Shown here in pieces: positions 52,490 through 64,000 of a DNA stretch of 64,000 nt. Source of the stretch: Octopus vulgaris (lineage: Eukaryota); NCBI GenBank assembly GCA_951406725.2, contig OX597838.1:1054001-1118000 (forward strand). Direction: 5' to 3'. Numbering within the stretch: position 1 is the first letter of the stretch; every line of letters begins with the position of its first letter. Under the pieces are notes generated by a model. It saw nothing but the letters and a program-made list of their open reading frames with translations. It had not been told where the DNA came from and ran no database searches. The position numbers and the translations under genes were made by a program.

Positions 52490-53610
52490 GACAGGTTGGC
52501 AGGATTGCTGCGTGTCGGACGAAAGGTTTACCGGATTTTCCTTCGGCCTTTCTATATTCTGAGTTCAAATCCCACCAAGGTCGACTTTGCCTTTCATCCC
52601 TTCTAGGGATTGGTAAAGTACCAGTTGAGCCCTGGGGTTGATGTAATTGTCTGTTGCCCTCCCCTAACATTTCGAGCCTTGTTTCTACAGTGGACCCATA
52701 TAACAGAATTGTTAGCATGCCGGACGAAATGCTTGGCGGTATTTCGTCCGTCTTTAACGTTCTGAGTTCAAATTCCGCCGAAGTCAACTTTGCCTTTCAT
52801 CCTTTCGGGGTCGATAAATTAAGTACCAGTTACGCACTGGGGTCGATATAATCGACTTAATCCGTTTGTCCTTGTTTGTCCCCTCTGTGTTTAGCCCCGT
52901 GTGGGTAGAAAAGAAATAGGTATTTCGTATGTCTTTAACGTTCTGAGTTCAAATTCCGCCAAGGTCGACTTTGACTTTCATCCTTTCGGGGTCGATAAAT
53001 TAAGTGAAGTAATCGACTTGTCCCTTCCCCAATATTTCAGGCATTGTGCCTTTTATAGAATGGATTCTTGTAGTTATTATTATTGCTGTCAGATAAGGCG
53101 ACGAGCTGATAAAACCGTTAGCACGCCGTCTTTACATCCCGAGTTCAAATTCTGCCGTAGCTAAGTTTACCTTTCATCCTTTCAGTGTCAATAAAATAAA
53201 TACCAGTTGAACACGAAACTGCTGCCTTTGTACCAAACTTTTGAAATCAACCTTCTTATTGTTATTAAAGTGGTGAGCTGGCAGAATCGTTACCGTGCCG
53301 GGTAAAGTACTTAGCGGCATTTCGTCTGTCTCCAACTTCTGAGCTCAAATTCTGCTGAGGTTCACTTTGTCTTTCATTGTTTTGGGGTTGATAAGATATG
53401 CACCAGTTGATCACATAGAGTAATGTAATCAAGTTACCCATCCCCTCAACCATCATTATTCTTTTCTACTCTAGGCACAAGGGCTGAAATTTGGGGGAGG
53501 GGGGGCAGCCGATTAGATTGACCCCGGTATGCAACTGGTACTTAATTTATCGACACCGAAAGCATGAAAGGTAAAATCGACCTTGGCAGAATTTGAACTC
53601 AGAACATAAA
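52490..53610. mobile_element. Cluster of about 6 SINE family B copies
   Basis: Repeated gagttcaaattccgcc...gtcgactttgcctttcatcctttcggggtcgataaa blocks; last copy inverted. Confidence 0.85.
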
Positions 53611-56600
53611 GACATCATTATTACTGTTGGTGTTGTCATTCATTAGTCCCTTCTGACTGACAGGTAAATATTTTACTCACCAACACACTTCAACCATTAA
53701 CCTACCAACATATTGTATCCATTATGTGTTTTTTATCGTTTTCATTTTTTGCCTCTAGGCTTGGCTGTGTGGTAAGAAGTTTATTTCCCAAAAGCATGGT
53801 TCCAGGTTCAGTGCCACTGTGTGACACTTTGGGCAAGTGTCTTCTACTATACCCTTCGGCCAATCAAAGCCATCTGGCTGGAATTGGTAGACAGAGACTG
53901 AAAGAAGCCTGTCATATATATGTATACACATGCACACACACATATAAATGAATGTGTGTGTGTGTGTGTTTCTGTCTGTTTGTCTCCCATCACTGCTTGA
54001 CGGCTGGTATTGATGTGATTATGTCCCAGTAACTTAGCAGTTCTGAAAAAGAGATCGATATAATAAAGCATCAAGCTTAAAACATGAATAAGTGCTGGGG
54101 TCAATTTGACTAAAATTCTTCATGGCTGCAGTCTGACTGAAACCAATTAAAAAATCAAAGAACCATTACAATAATTCTTACTTCTCTGAACTAACAAGCT
54201 GCGGTTTCTTATGGCACCAAATGTATAGAAATAACTTTAATTCTATTTTCCTCCCCATCTCCTGTTTTAACCAGGAAAAATTGAATTCTTGCATTTTTCA
54301 TAGAAATGGCTCCAGTGTTAGGAGAGTGAAGTTTTCAATTCAGAATGCTCTTTAGAAGAAACCTGATTATGAATATAGGTGGATACATCATTAGATTCCA
54401 TTGTTGGCTGACAATAAATTCTGATTTTGCAAGAAATGCAAGGAGGTGTTAACAACATAATCTATTGGTGGCATTCTAATGCTGTAAGTTAATTAAAGCA
54501 CTATCATGGCTAAATTGAAATCCGTCCAATGACACACTTTTTAATTTACTGACAGAGTGAGTGGGAGGTTGGAAGGCATGACACAAAAGTTAGGTAGTTT
54601 ATCAGGTCAAAATCTTATATTGCAGCATAAATATATTATATTCTAAAGCCATCATTAAGCATTACATTATCAAAGATCTCATTTAAAGATATTTATTATT
54701 GTAAATCCATATAAATGAATTTACAATTATACCAAATCTAGCAGGTCGCACATGTTCTGTGAACAATAGCAATGTTTATTAAAACATCAAACGGGAAACT
54801 AATGAAAATGAATGATTACAGGACAATCAGAAATGTTGATTTAATGAAATTTGGGATTAGAATTAATATTAATTTTACACTATTAATATAACTTGTAGTA
54901 TATTATGTGTGTTTTGGTTGAACTCTTTAGCATTCAGATCACTCTGTCAAATGCACAGTCATTAATATTGTTTTTAATTAACCATGAGTTATCTTTTAGT
55001 TTTCAGATTTTCATGATGTGATGGTTTGCATTTATAATGACATTGTAAAAGCCAGATCTCACTGGTTTGAACATAAAACAAGCAGAATATTTGGGCCAGA
55101 TATGGTCGGTTTAAAGTCTAATGGGTTAATTCACCGTATTGCAGCCTTGGCTGGTGAAAATCAGAGAGTGAATTACTTGTGTTTATTGCATAAACTTGGA
55201 ACAGAGATATTCTGCTGCTATTTTTGTTACCAGAAACTGTTCCATTTGTAGTTTCTGGAATGAGAAAATAAGGAAAGAGAACATTTGTAAACAAGAACGA
55301 AATCAGAGAGAGGGATAGACTGCAAGGAATTACATTATCCTTGAAATCTAAATTCTTTACTTATGTAAACTATCTTCATTTCATGTCACGAGATAAGTGC
55401 ATATATTCGTGTGTAAGTAGAGGGCTTCTTTCCACAGTTACCAGTAGCTATCTTGTGTAAGTTTGGCTTCTTGCAAAATCTTATAAATGTAGTTACACAC
55501 AACACACATAACGCACATTGCCAGTATAAACACATGCATATGCTTGTATACATGCTATTGTGTGCATTAACAAGCACATGCACACAAATATATATGCACA
55601 TCTGTGTAGGTATACACATAACTATACATACACACAAGCACACACATTATTTATAAATACAATTGTTCTTTTGCTAAACATGCCCATAGTTGAATTCAAA
55701 CCACATACACAAACACATCATTACTAAATCTATAATAAGTGGACTCTAAGATATGGCAAGCAGAAAAAGCTGGGTAGTAATATATATTTTACAAGAGAAC
55801 TTTAAGAATTTGATAAAAATGTATTTAATGTAAGGCAAATATTTCAATAAATTTAACAGCATGATGGCAATAATTCTCACATCTCTGGGGCCTTTCAACA
55901 GAAACCACTGTACCTATCCAGAAATGACCAAATTCCATTTCTATAGAATGTGAAATGAAATGATTGAACAGTTTTAGAGACTAAGAATGTTGTGTGGAGT
56001 AGTAGCAGAGACTAAGAGAAAAATGTGAAGTGACTAAACATAAGGATTATTGTATCTCAGTGGAAGTAGACGTGGAAATACTGTCCATGTAAAATGGAAG
56101 AGTGTTTAAACTATGATAGCACCAGTTTAAAGGTTTCAAGTTCAAATTCACTGCAAAAATTTCCTTACATAGTTGGGTAAGGTACTGAATTCTACAGGCT
56201 TTACATACTTGTGCATATACATACAAGAATTCACACACACACACACACTTATATATACACATGCTCGTGTGTGTGTGTTATCATTTAATGTCCATTTTCC
56301 ATGCTAGCCTGGGTTGGATGGTTTGACAGGTGCTGGCCAGTAGAAGAGCTGCCCAGGCTCCAGTCATTTGTTTTGGTATGGTTTCTATGGCTGGATGCCC
56401 TTCCTAACACCACCCACTTTACTGAGTGTGCTGATTGCTTTTATGTGGCACCAGCTTGAGTGCTTTTTACATAGCACTAGCACCTGCATGACCTCTCAGC
56501 TGGGAGAGGGAGTGGAGGCATGGCCCAAAAGACATACCTGTGTGTATATATGGATGGATAGCTATGAACATTTAATGTCTGTTTCCCATGCTTGTATGAG

Positions 56601-58409
56601 TTAGACAGATTGACTGGAGATGATAACCCAGAGAGCTACACCGGGTTCCAGTCTATTTTGGCATGGATGCCCCTCACATGTCACTGGCACTGGAGACATA
56701 CACACCAATATATTTATATATGTGTGTGTACCTGCATATATACTTGCACGTATGTACTTATATACATTCTCAAAAACTACTTAATAAATAGGTGTAGATG
56801 TAGCCACATAGTTCAGAAATTTACTTTATAACAATATATTTTGATCACACTATGTGGTATCTTAGGTAAGTATCTTCTCTAACCTTGAGGTGACTAAGAT
56901 CTCATTAGATGGAAACTGTGCTGAAGCCTGTCATGGATATATATATCTGAGAGAGAGAGAGAGATGTTTGTATATGGCTTTTGAGAAGGGATATGAATGT
57001 TGGCAAGATCTTTGTTTTTTGCATGGAATTACAGGCACTCTCTTGTCCATCTCCCCCATTGAACTCTAGTGACCCTGGGATTAGTCTGTTATAAGTCTAT
57101 ACCCAAAAACGATATTGTTCACCAATTATTAAACAAGTGACAGAACAATAAGCAGAAGTAGCTTCTGATTAAGTTTGCCAACTTATTTGATGAGTTAATG
57201 AGTGAGGTGATTAGGGATAATGAAGAAATGAAAATAATAATGAAGTGTAGAGCAATCTAAAAGCACGATAATGTGAACGATGGCTTATATTCTTATAATG
57301 TCACCATATGTACATTTCATGTGTGAGTGTGTGTGTGTATGTATGTATGTGTGTGTGTGTGTGTACACTAATGCTGGCATTCGGTGGCTCTACTTCTCCC
57401 CTCCTCTGAATGAAATGGTGATATGAGGTTTACTTTCCTTACTAACATTCTGACCAATCTTATTGCACTTTTGAAGATCTGTGGAATAATAAAAGTTCCT
57501 TACTTGGGTTGATAAGAGAAAGGGCATCTGACGACAAAAAGCTTTATAACATTTATTAAAAAAAATTTCAGTTTCTTAGTATAAAATGAAATATATAAAA
57601 TGAAATATATAATCTGTCCAGCTATTATGGGAAACAAAAATGTTTGAATGTGAGCGTGTGTGTATGTATGCATGCATGCATGGTTTTGCATTTATTAAAC
57701 TGGATCCACCATTTGACAACTAATTTGTATGTGTATACAATATATGCATATGAAACTCAGGGTTGAGTTGTCAACATCCTGTCCATATGCACACACATAC
57801 ACACAATTGAAGCTAATAAGATGGCAGTTGCCAATGTTATATGCTTATATCTTTAACCCATTCTCTGCACCACCCTCCTAACAATGGAAGTCGTGGTGGT
57901 GGTTGCGGGTTGTAATGGCAGTAGTACAAGTGGTGATGACAAAGCAAACAAACAAAATCTAAACCTGTTGGTCTTTTATAGATTCAATTTTACAAACCAA
58001 ATTGAGGGTGGTTTAGAGAGGGAGCGAAGGAGAAAAGTACCTCTCCACTACTTCTATGACCCACCCCAGAACCATGTGACTGTGTGGTAGTTTGTCCCAA
58101 ATTAAACCAATCGGATTTTTAAGATAGCATTACACAGTTGTCAGTTTGTCTTCTCCTTTGAGTGTCTAGCCTGTCTGTCTGTATGTCCGTTTGCCCGACG
58201 ACCAACATTAACACTGCTTATATTTAACTAATCTAATTACACAGATATTTCTTCCTTCACAGCCCTCCCCCTGCCCCTTCCCCCTGATCCTGGTTTTTGG
58301 CAGCATTTCGACTTCTTCAACACTTTGGTCTCTTAATGGATTTGTAAATAGCCATTTGTTTGATGCATACGCATACACAAATACAAACATAAACAACATT
58401 CGAGTTGAG

Positions 58410-58443
<34 letters not shown>

Positions 58444-60345
58444 ATATAGACTTGTTTAACACGAACACATGAACACATACAAGTTGTTATGCATGCACAC
58501 ATACACACACACACACATTTATTGACAGTCTCTTATATAAACAGTAAATCTCAGAAGTACATGTGTGTGCATATACATCTGCACACACATTCACTTACAT
58601 GCACACATGTACACACACATACAGTCATTGATATTTATTTATATATGAATGTAGGCATTCATATACAAATGCACAGAAACACTCACTGAACAATGTGTGT
58701 GTGTGTGTAAATATATACATACATGCACACACGTGTTTGTGTATGTGTGTTCATGTCTCCTTATCTTGAAATTGTACAAGTAGTGACATTCATTTGCAAT
58801 ATTCTGTAAAAACATGTCTGGCCGTTGGATGTTTGTGTTTAAAGAACTAGAGGAAGTGTTACTTTACACAGAAGTAGGTAAAGGTTAGCTACAGGTAGAG
58901 CATCTGGTTGTAGACATTCTTCCTCAGTGAATTTTGTCTGACCCATGCAAGCATGGAAAAGTAGCTGTTAAAACAAAGCTGATGATGGTATTTTCCTTTT
59001 TTTTTTGTTTGTTTGTTTCGTTTTAATGCCCACTTTTTCTTTCATGTTTTCTCACTCTACAACAAATCACTTTTGGACATTTACTCCAACTCGAGAACAT
59101 AGTATGTCTTTGTTAGGAGTTTTCATGTCTACAGTCTTGGGACAGCTGCACAGTTTGACAGCCCCATCTGTAGGATGTTTTTGTGTCACCACTCATTTGG
59201 CTGGCCCTTGGCTCACAATGAGCTCAGTTGTCCTTTGACAAATCCTGTTTTTTGTCCTGCAGAATGTCCACAACACCCTCCTCACCTTGCAAGCCAGGTG
59301 AGGGTACCCAGTTTAATTGCCAACCATCTGACCAAGAAATGGATAGTACTGCATTATGTGGTACTAGTAGCAAGATTTTCCTGACCTCACAGATACACAC
59401 ACATGTACATATGTAAGAGTGTGTGTGTGTGTGTGTTTGTATATATGTGTGTGTGTGTGTACGCACACATACACACACATATTTAGAAACTCACCAATTA
59501 AGATATAAACGTTTAACATAACACATCAATACAAGTGCACACATTCTTGTGCAGGTAGGGCCGTCTTGAAACACAACAACAGCCACTCACACACACACAC
59601 ACACAAATTTATACACCTAAGTATATATATCATTTTGTTTATATATATTTGTGGTGTTTTATTAACATGATGTACATAAACAGAGAAATAATGATACACA
59701 AATGTTATTGTGAGTACACACCCAGATTTTAAAATAATTACAAGAATGTTATAAACTACAAACCAAATTTGGATGGTTTGAGGCTAGGGAACTGACTGTA
59801 AAGGCTTCTCAGGAGCTAATGTGTGTCGTATGAAAGTACCCTGCCCTCTCAACAGAGTAAATTGTTAGTATAAAGATATCAGTTGAACATAAGAACCATT
59901 TTAGAACTAAGAGAAAACACCTCTGATGTTATACATATTAACATCAGCTTCTTCACCTCTAAAAATACTCCAACTACTGCTACTACAACCCAAATCTTCC
60001 TAATACACATGTAAGTCAAAGGAAAGTGGTACCTTTATTTCTGTAAGCTGGAAAAAAAAAAAAAAACCCAGGTTTTAATGCATGTTTATTTAAAGTTTTC
60101 AACAAAATCCATCAATTGCTGTCAAAATACAAGTATTGTAGAATTTTTAGTCAAATGAATTAGCAGCAGCACTTTTTGTTTTTGAAGTCGTTATTTATTC
60201 TTTTGGTATCTTTTGTCAAACCACTAAGTTATGGGGACATAAATACACTTACACCAATTGTCAAGCAGCAGTGGGGGACAAATACAGAGAAAAAGACGCA
60301 CACACACATACATGCACAGGCGTGGTTGTGTGGTAAGAAGCTTGC

Positions 60346-60571
60346 AGTGAGCTGGCAGAAACGTTAGCACGCCAGGTGAAATGCTTAGCGGTATTTCGTC
60401 TGCCGTTACGTTCTGAGTTCAAATTCCGCCAAGGTCGACTTTGCCTTTCATCCTTTCGGGGTCGATAAATTAAGTAGTAGTTACGCACTGGGGTCAATGT
60501 TATCGACTTAATTCTTTTGTCTGTCCTTGTTTGTCCCCTCTGTGTTTAGCCCCTTGTGGGCAATAATGAAA
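60346..60571 (+). mobile_element. SINE family B inserted into a family A head, with target-site duplication
   Basis: taagaagctt at 60334-60343 and 60572-60581 flanks an intact B copy. Confidence 0.85.
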
Positions 60572-61655
60572 TAAGAAGCTTACTTCCCAACCACATGATT
60601 CTAGGTTCAGTCCCACTACATGGTACCTTTGGCAAATGTCTTCTACTATAGCCTCTGTCTGACCAAAACCTTGTGAGTGGATTTGGTAGATGGAAACTGA
60701 AAGAAGCCCATTATATATATATATGATGGGCAGTTTCTGTCTACCAAATCCACTCACAAGGCTTTGGTTGGCCTAAGGCTCTAGTGGAAGACATTTGCCC
60801 AAGTTGCCATGCAGTGGGACTGAGCATGGAACTGTGTGGTTGGGAAGCAAGCTTCTCACCACACAGCCATGTCTGCACCTATTGTGTAGGTCTTAATTAT
60901 AAGTTCTGTTAGGTCACTGGAGATGAGATTGTTTAGATTTGGACCCATTCCTGGAAATAACTGCAAGTAAACACCCAGGTTTTCTTTCAGCTGTCATTAA
61001 TTAAGGTTCAATAGAAACCTTAAGTAAAGCATCCAACTTATTTTTTTTTTCTTTATGCTTTGCAATGTTGCAGAATATGAAGTGTCTGATGTAGCATCCA
61101 GCTCTCCTGATCACCTGAAACTTTGACTTAAGGATTAGTGGGCTGGGCCATTCTAAATGGTCCAACCGAAATATGTCAGTCATTGAAATCAAATGTTTTG
61201 TCAACTAAATATCATGTTTTATGAGGTGTTCAATAATTGATTTTATTTTTATTCACTCAACAGAGTTGACTTTGGCATATTATTAATACTTGTCTTATTA
61301 ACTTCAATGGCATGTTTAGTCCTAGGCTAGCCCTAACTGACCTCATTTCCATTCAAAGGTGTTCCACTTGGAACAATCAAACCTCATTTTCCAGAACAAC
61401 ATACCTAGCACTACATTATCCAATATAATGAAGTTTTCAGGAAACTAAATACTTGAGCAGTTTTCAGTTGGATGCTTTACTTTAATTTCACTAAAATGGT
61501 ACTAGTTTCCACTAATAGTACACATCCACAAATTTTGGGAGAGGATGCCGGCTTTGGTCAGACTGTCCAGCCCATGCCAGCAATGGTGGTGGTTGTAGTA
61601 GCAATGGTGGTAACAAGATGATGATGATAAAGAAGTCAGACCAATCTCCCTGGTA

Positions 61656-61760
61656 CAGTGGAACCTCAGTTTACAAATTTAATTTATTCCTGAAGGTTGT
61701 TTATCACCTGAAATGTTTGTAAACCAAAACTATTTTTTTATAGCAAATTCCAGGGAAAGC
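61656..61760. mobile_element. Possible Tigger-like TIR remnant
   Basis: TA|CAGTGGAACCTCAGTTTAC resembles pogo/Tigger termini. Confidence 0.35.
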
Positions 61761-62249
61761 CCAGTGAATTTGAGCATGACTGACACAACCTCTCATTGAT
61801 ACTTTCATCAGTTTGTCATCAATCATTGTTGCCAGTTTGCATGTTTCTTACTCAAGACACCATTCATGACCTGAAACATTTTATGTTTGAAAAATTCTTC
61901 ATGGACAGAGGTATAGGACAATTACTTCATTTTAGTGAGTGCAGAAGAGACAAAGTTTCACCTTGGCATCATTTCATTTTATCAACACCTTAATGATTAT
62001 TCCTCTCTACTGACTTGGTGATCATCATTATCATTGTTTTAACATCCACTTTTCCATGCTTGCGTGAGTTGGACAGTTCATTGAGGTAGATTTTCTATGG
62101 TTGAATGCTTTTCCTCTTGCTGACCTTCACCTGTTCCCGAGCAAGTTAATACTTCCTCATGGCCAGACATCTTTTCATTTATAACTATCATGTGATGTCA
62201 AGACAATGAGATAAAAACATGTGCATGTATGCATAGCACAGTATAAATG

Positions 62250-62431
<182 letters not shown>

Positions 62432-64000
62432 CTGAGTTTGTTTCAGTTTGCATCTACCAAACCCACTCACAAGGCTTTGGTTGGCCCAGGGCAATGTAGT
62501 GGTAGACATTTGCCCAAGGTACTATGGTTGGGAAGCAAACTTCTTAACCACAATTCCATGCCTGTGTTATCATTGAACTAAACTGTTACTGGTATTTAGT
62601 ATTTTCTCCCCAATTGGAAGACTAATAAAGAATATCAGCCTTAGCCTGGCACTGCACTGTTATTGAGTGCTTCCACCACTGCAACTACCTGATATAATCA
62701 TTATGCTGTTTTGTAAAACAATGGAAATATTTCTTTGTTGTGTGGTTCCGCCTACACTGACTGGTGTCGACAAGGTAAGAAGCCAGTGGAGCACAGGTTC
62801 AAGGTAAAGGCAAAGAACAGATGTTGATATTTGAAAAGGTCAAAACAGTTGACAAGTTCATTATTTAAAACTGATCTTGTTTGATTCCACAACTTGGGAA
62901 AAACTCATTTGTTTAAATTGACATTGATCACACACTGGAATGTTGTAGTTATGTGTGTGTGTGTGTGTGTGTTTTATTTTATTTTTTTTGTAGTTTTATG
63001 TCTATTTATGTCTCTTTGAGCATTAGTGTATATATGTATATGTATGAATCGTGTGTGTGAGTGTATCTGTATGTGTGTACTCAGATCTGCATATATGCCA
63101 TTTCAATATGCACCTGTAGACAATTATTTAAAATATTACAATCTTAATATATATTTCAGCCTTCAAAACCAAACCATGTTTTGAATTTATATTTATTACT
63201 TTCATTACTTTGTTTATTCAACATGTGCGTGTTTTCACGTGAAGTCTCTCTCTCTGACCATAAGTATTTATATAGGAAATGAGATCCATCAGCCCCCTCC
63301 TTTGATGTTGTCTTCCCATCTTTATGTTTCAAGACGGAATAAACCACCTTTATTTTTACCTTTTCAAAGTCCGTTTTGTAATTTATTTTTGCACATGGCT
63401 GTAACTATATCTCTCCTCCTCACACGCTACAACCTTCCACCACTTTCTTACTTTCTTCCTCTATACTCTTCTTACATTTACCAATTAATCTTCTAGATTT
63501 TTCTTACTTGGCTTTTTTTTTTAGTTGTTGTATTGTTGTATATACATGTGTGTATTTTCTCAATTTACTGTTTGTATTTAGACATTTAATGTTATCGGTT
63601 TCCCAGCATTCTCTCAGGTCTGCTTACATCTTCCTACATTTCATGTTTATAAATACGCATACACGCACACACGCACACACACATGTTAATGTATATATTT
63701 ACATACACACATATAGTATATAGGAATGTGTGTGAATATATTTAAATCCATCTCATGGCTATATAGAATGTATATATACATCCATACACACACACTCACT
63801 TGCATACATTTATAGATTAATTATTATTCATATATACACACCTGCGCTCTCAGACAATGTACTGTCCATCTTCAACAGTAGTAGTGGTGGTGGCGGTGGT
63901 GGTAGTAGTAGTGGTGGTGGTGGTGGTGGTAGTAGTAGTAGTAGTAATATTAGTGGTAGTAGTGGTAAAAAAATTGTATTTACTTTGTGTTGAAGAAGAA

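Noticed and set aside
57884-58090. 68-aa plus ORF with an internal acceptor-like site
   Set aside because: No recognisable homology or partner exons

Overview
AT-rich, microsatellite- and SINE-dense animal genomic DNA, most consistent with an octopus (inferred from the repeat families). (1) A spliced plus-strand GOSR1/GS28 Golgi SNARE gene: seven coding exons from 2867 to 12032, first exon not found in the window, last intron U12-type. (2) An intronless minus-strand UDP-glycosyltransferase (41506-43022), broken by a 1-nt frameshift in an A-run and abutting a decayed Chapaev-like transposon. (3) The main hidden signal: about 20 short minus-strand segments from ~34.6 kb to ~1.55 kb whose translations match type-I ferlin (dysferlin/myoferlin-like) motifs in the correct order but carry stops and frameshifts. 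This looks like a dead ferlin gene interleaved antisense through the GOSR1 3' UTR and introns. Also present: mariner, Tigger and R4/Dong relics, several fold-back inverted repeats, a degenerate minimal hammerhead ribozyme motif, nested SINEs and tandem repeats. All homology calls are by-eye comparisons to remembered sequences and need database confirmation.
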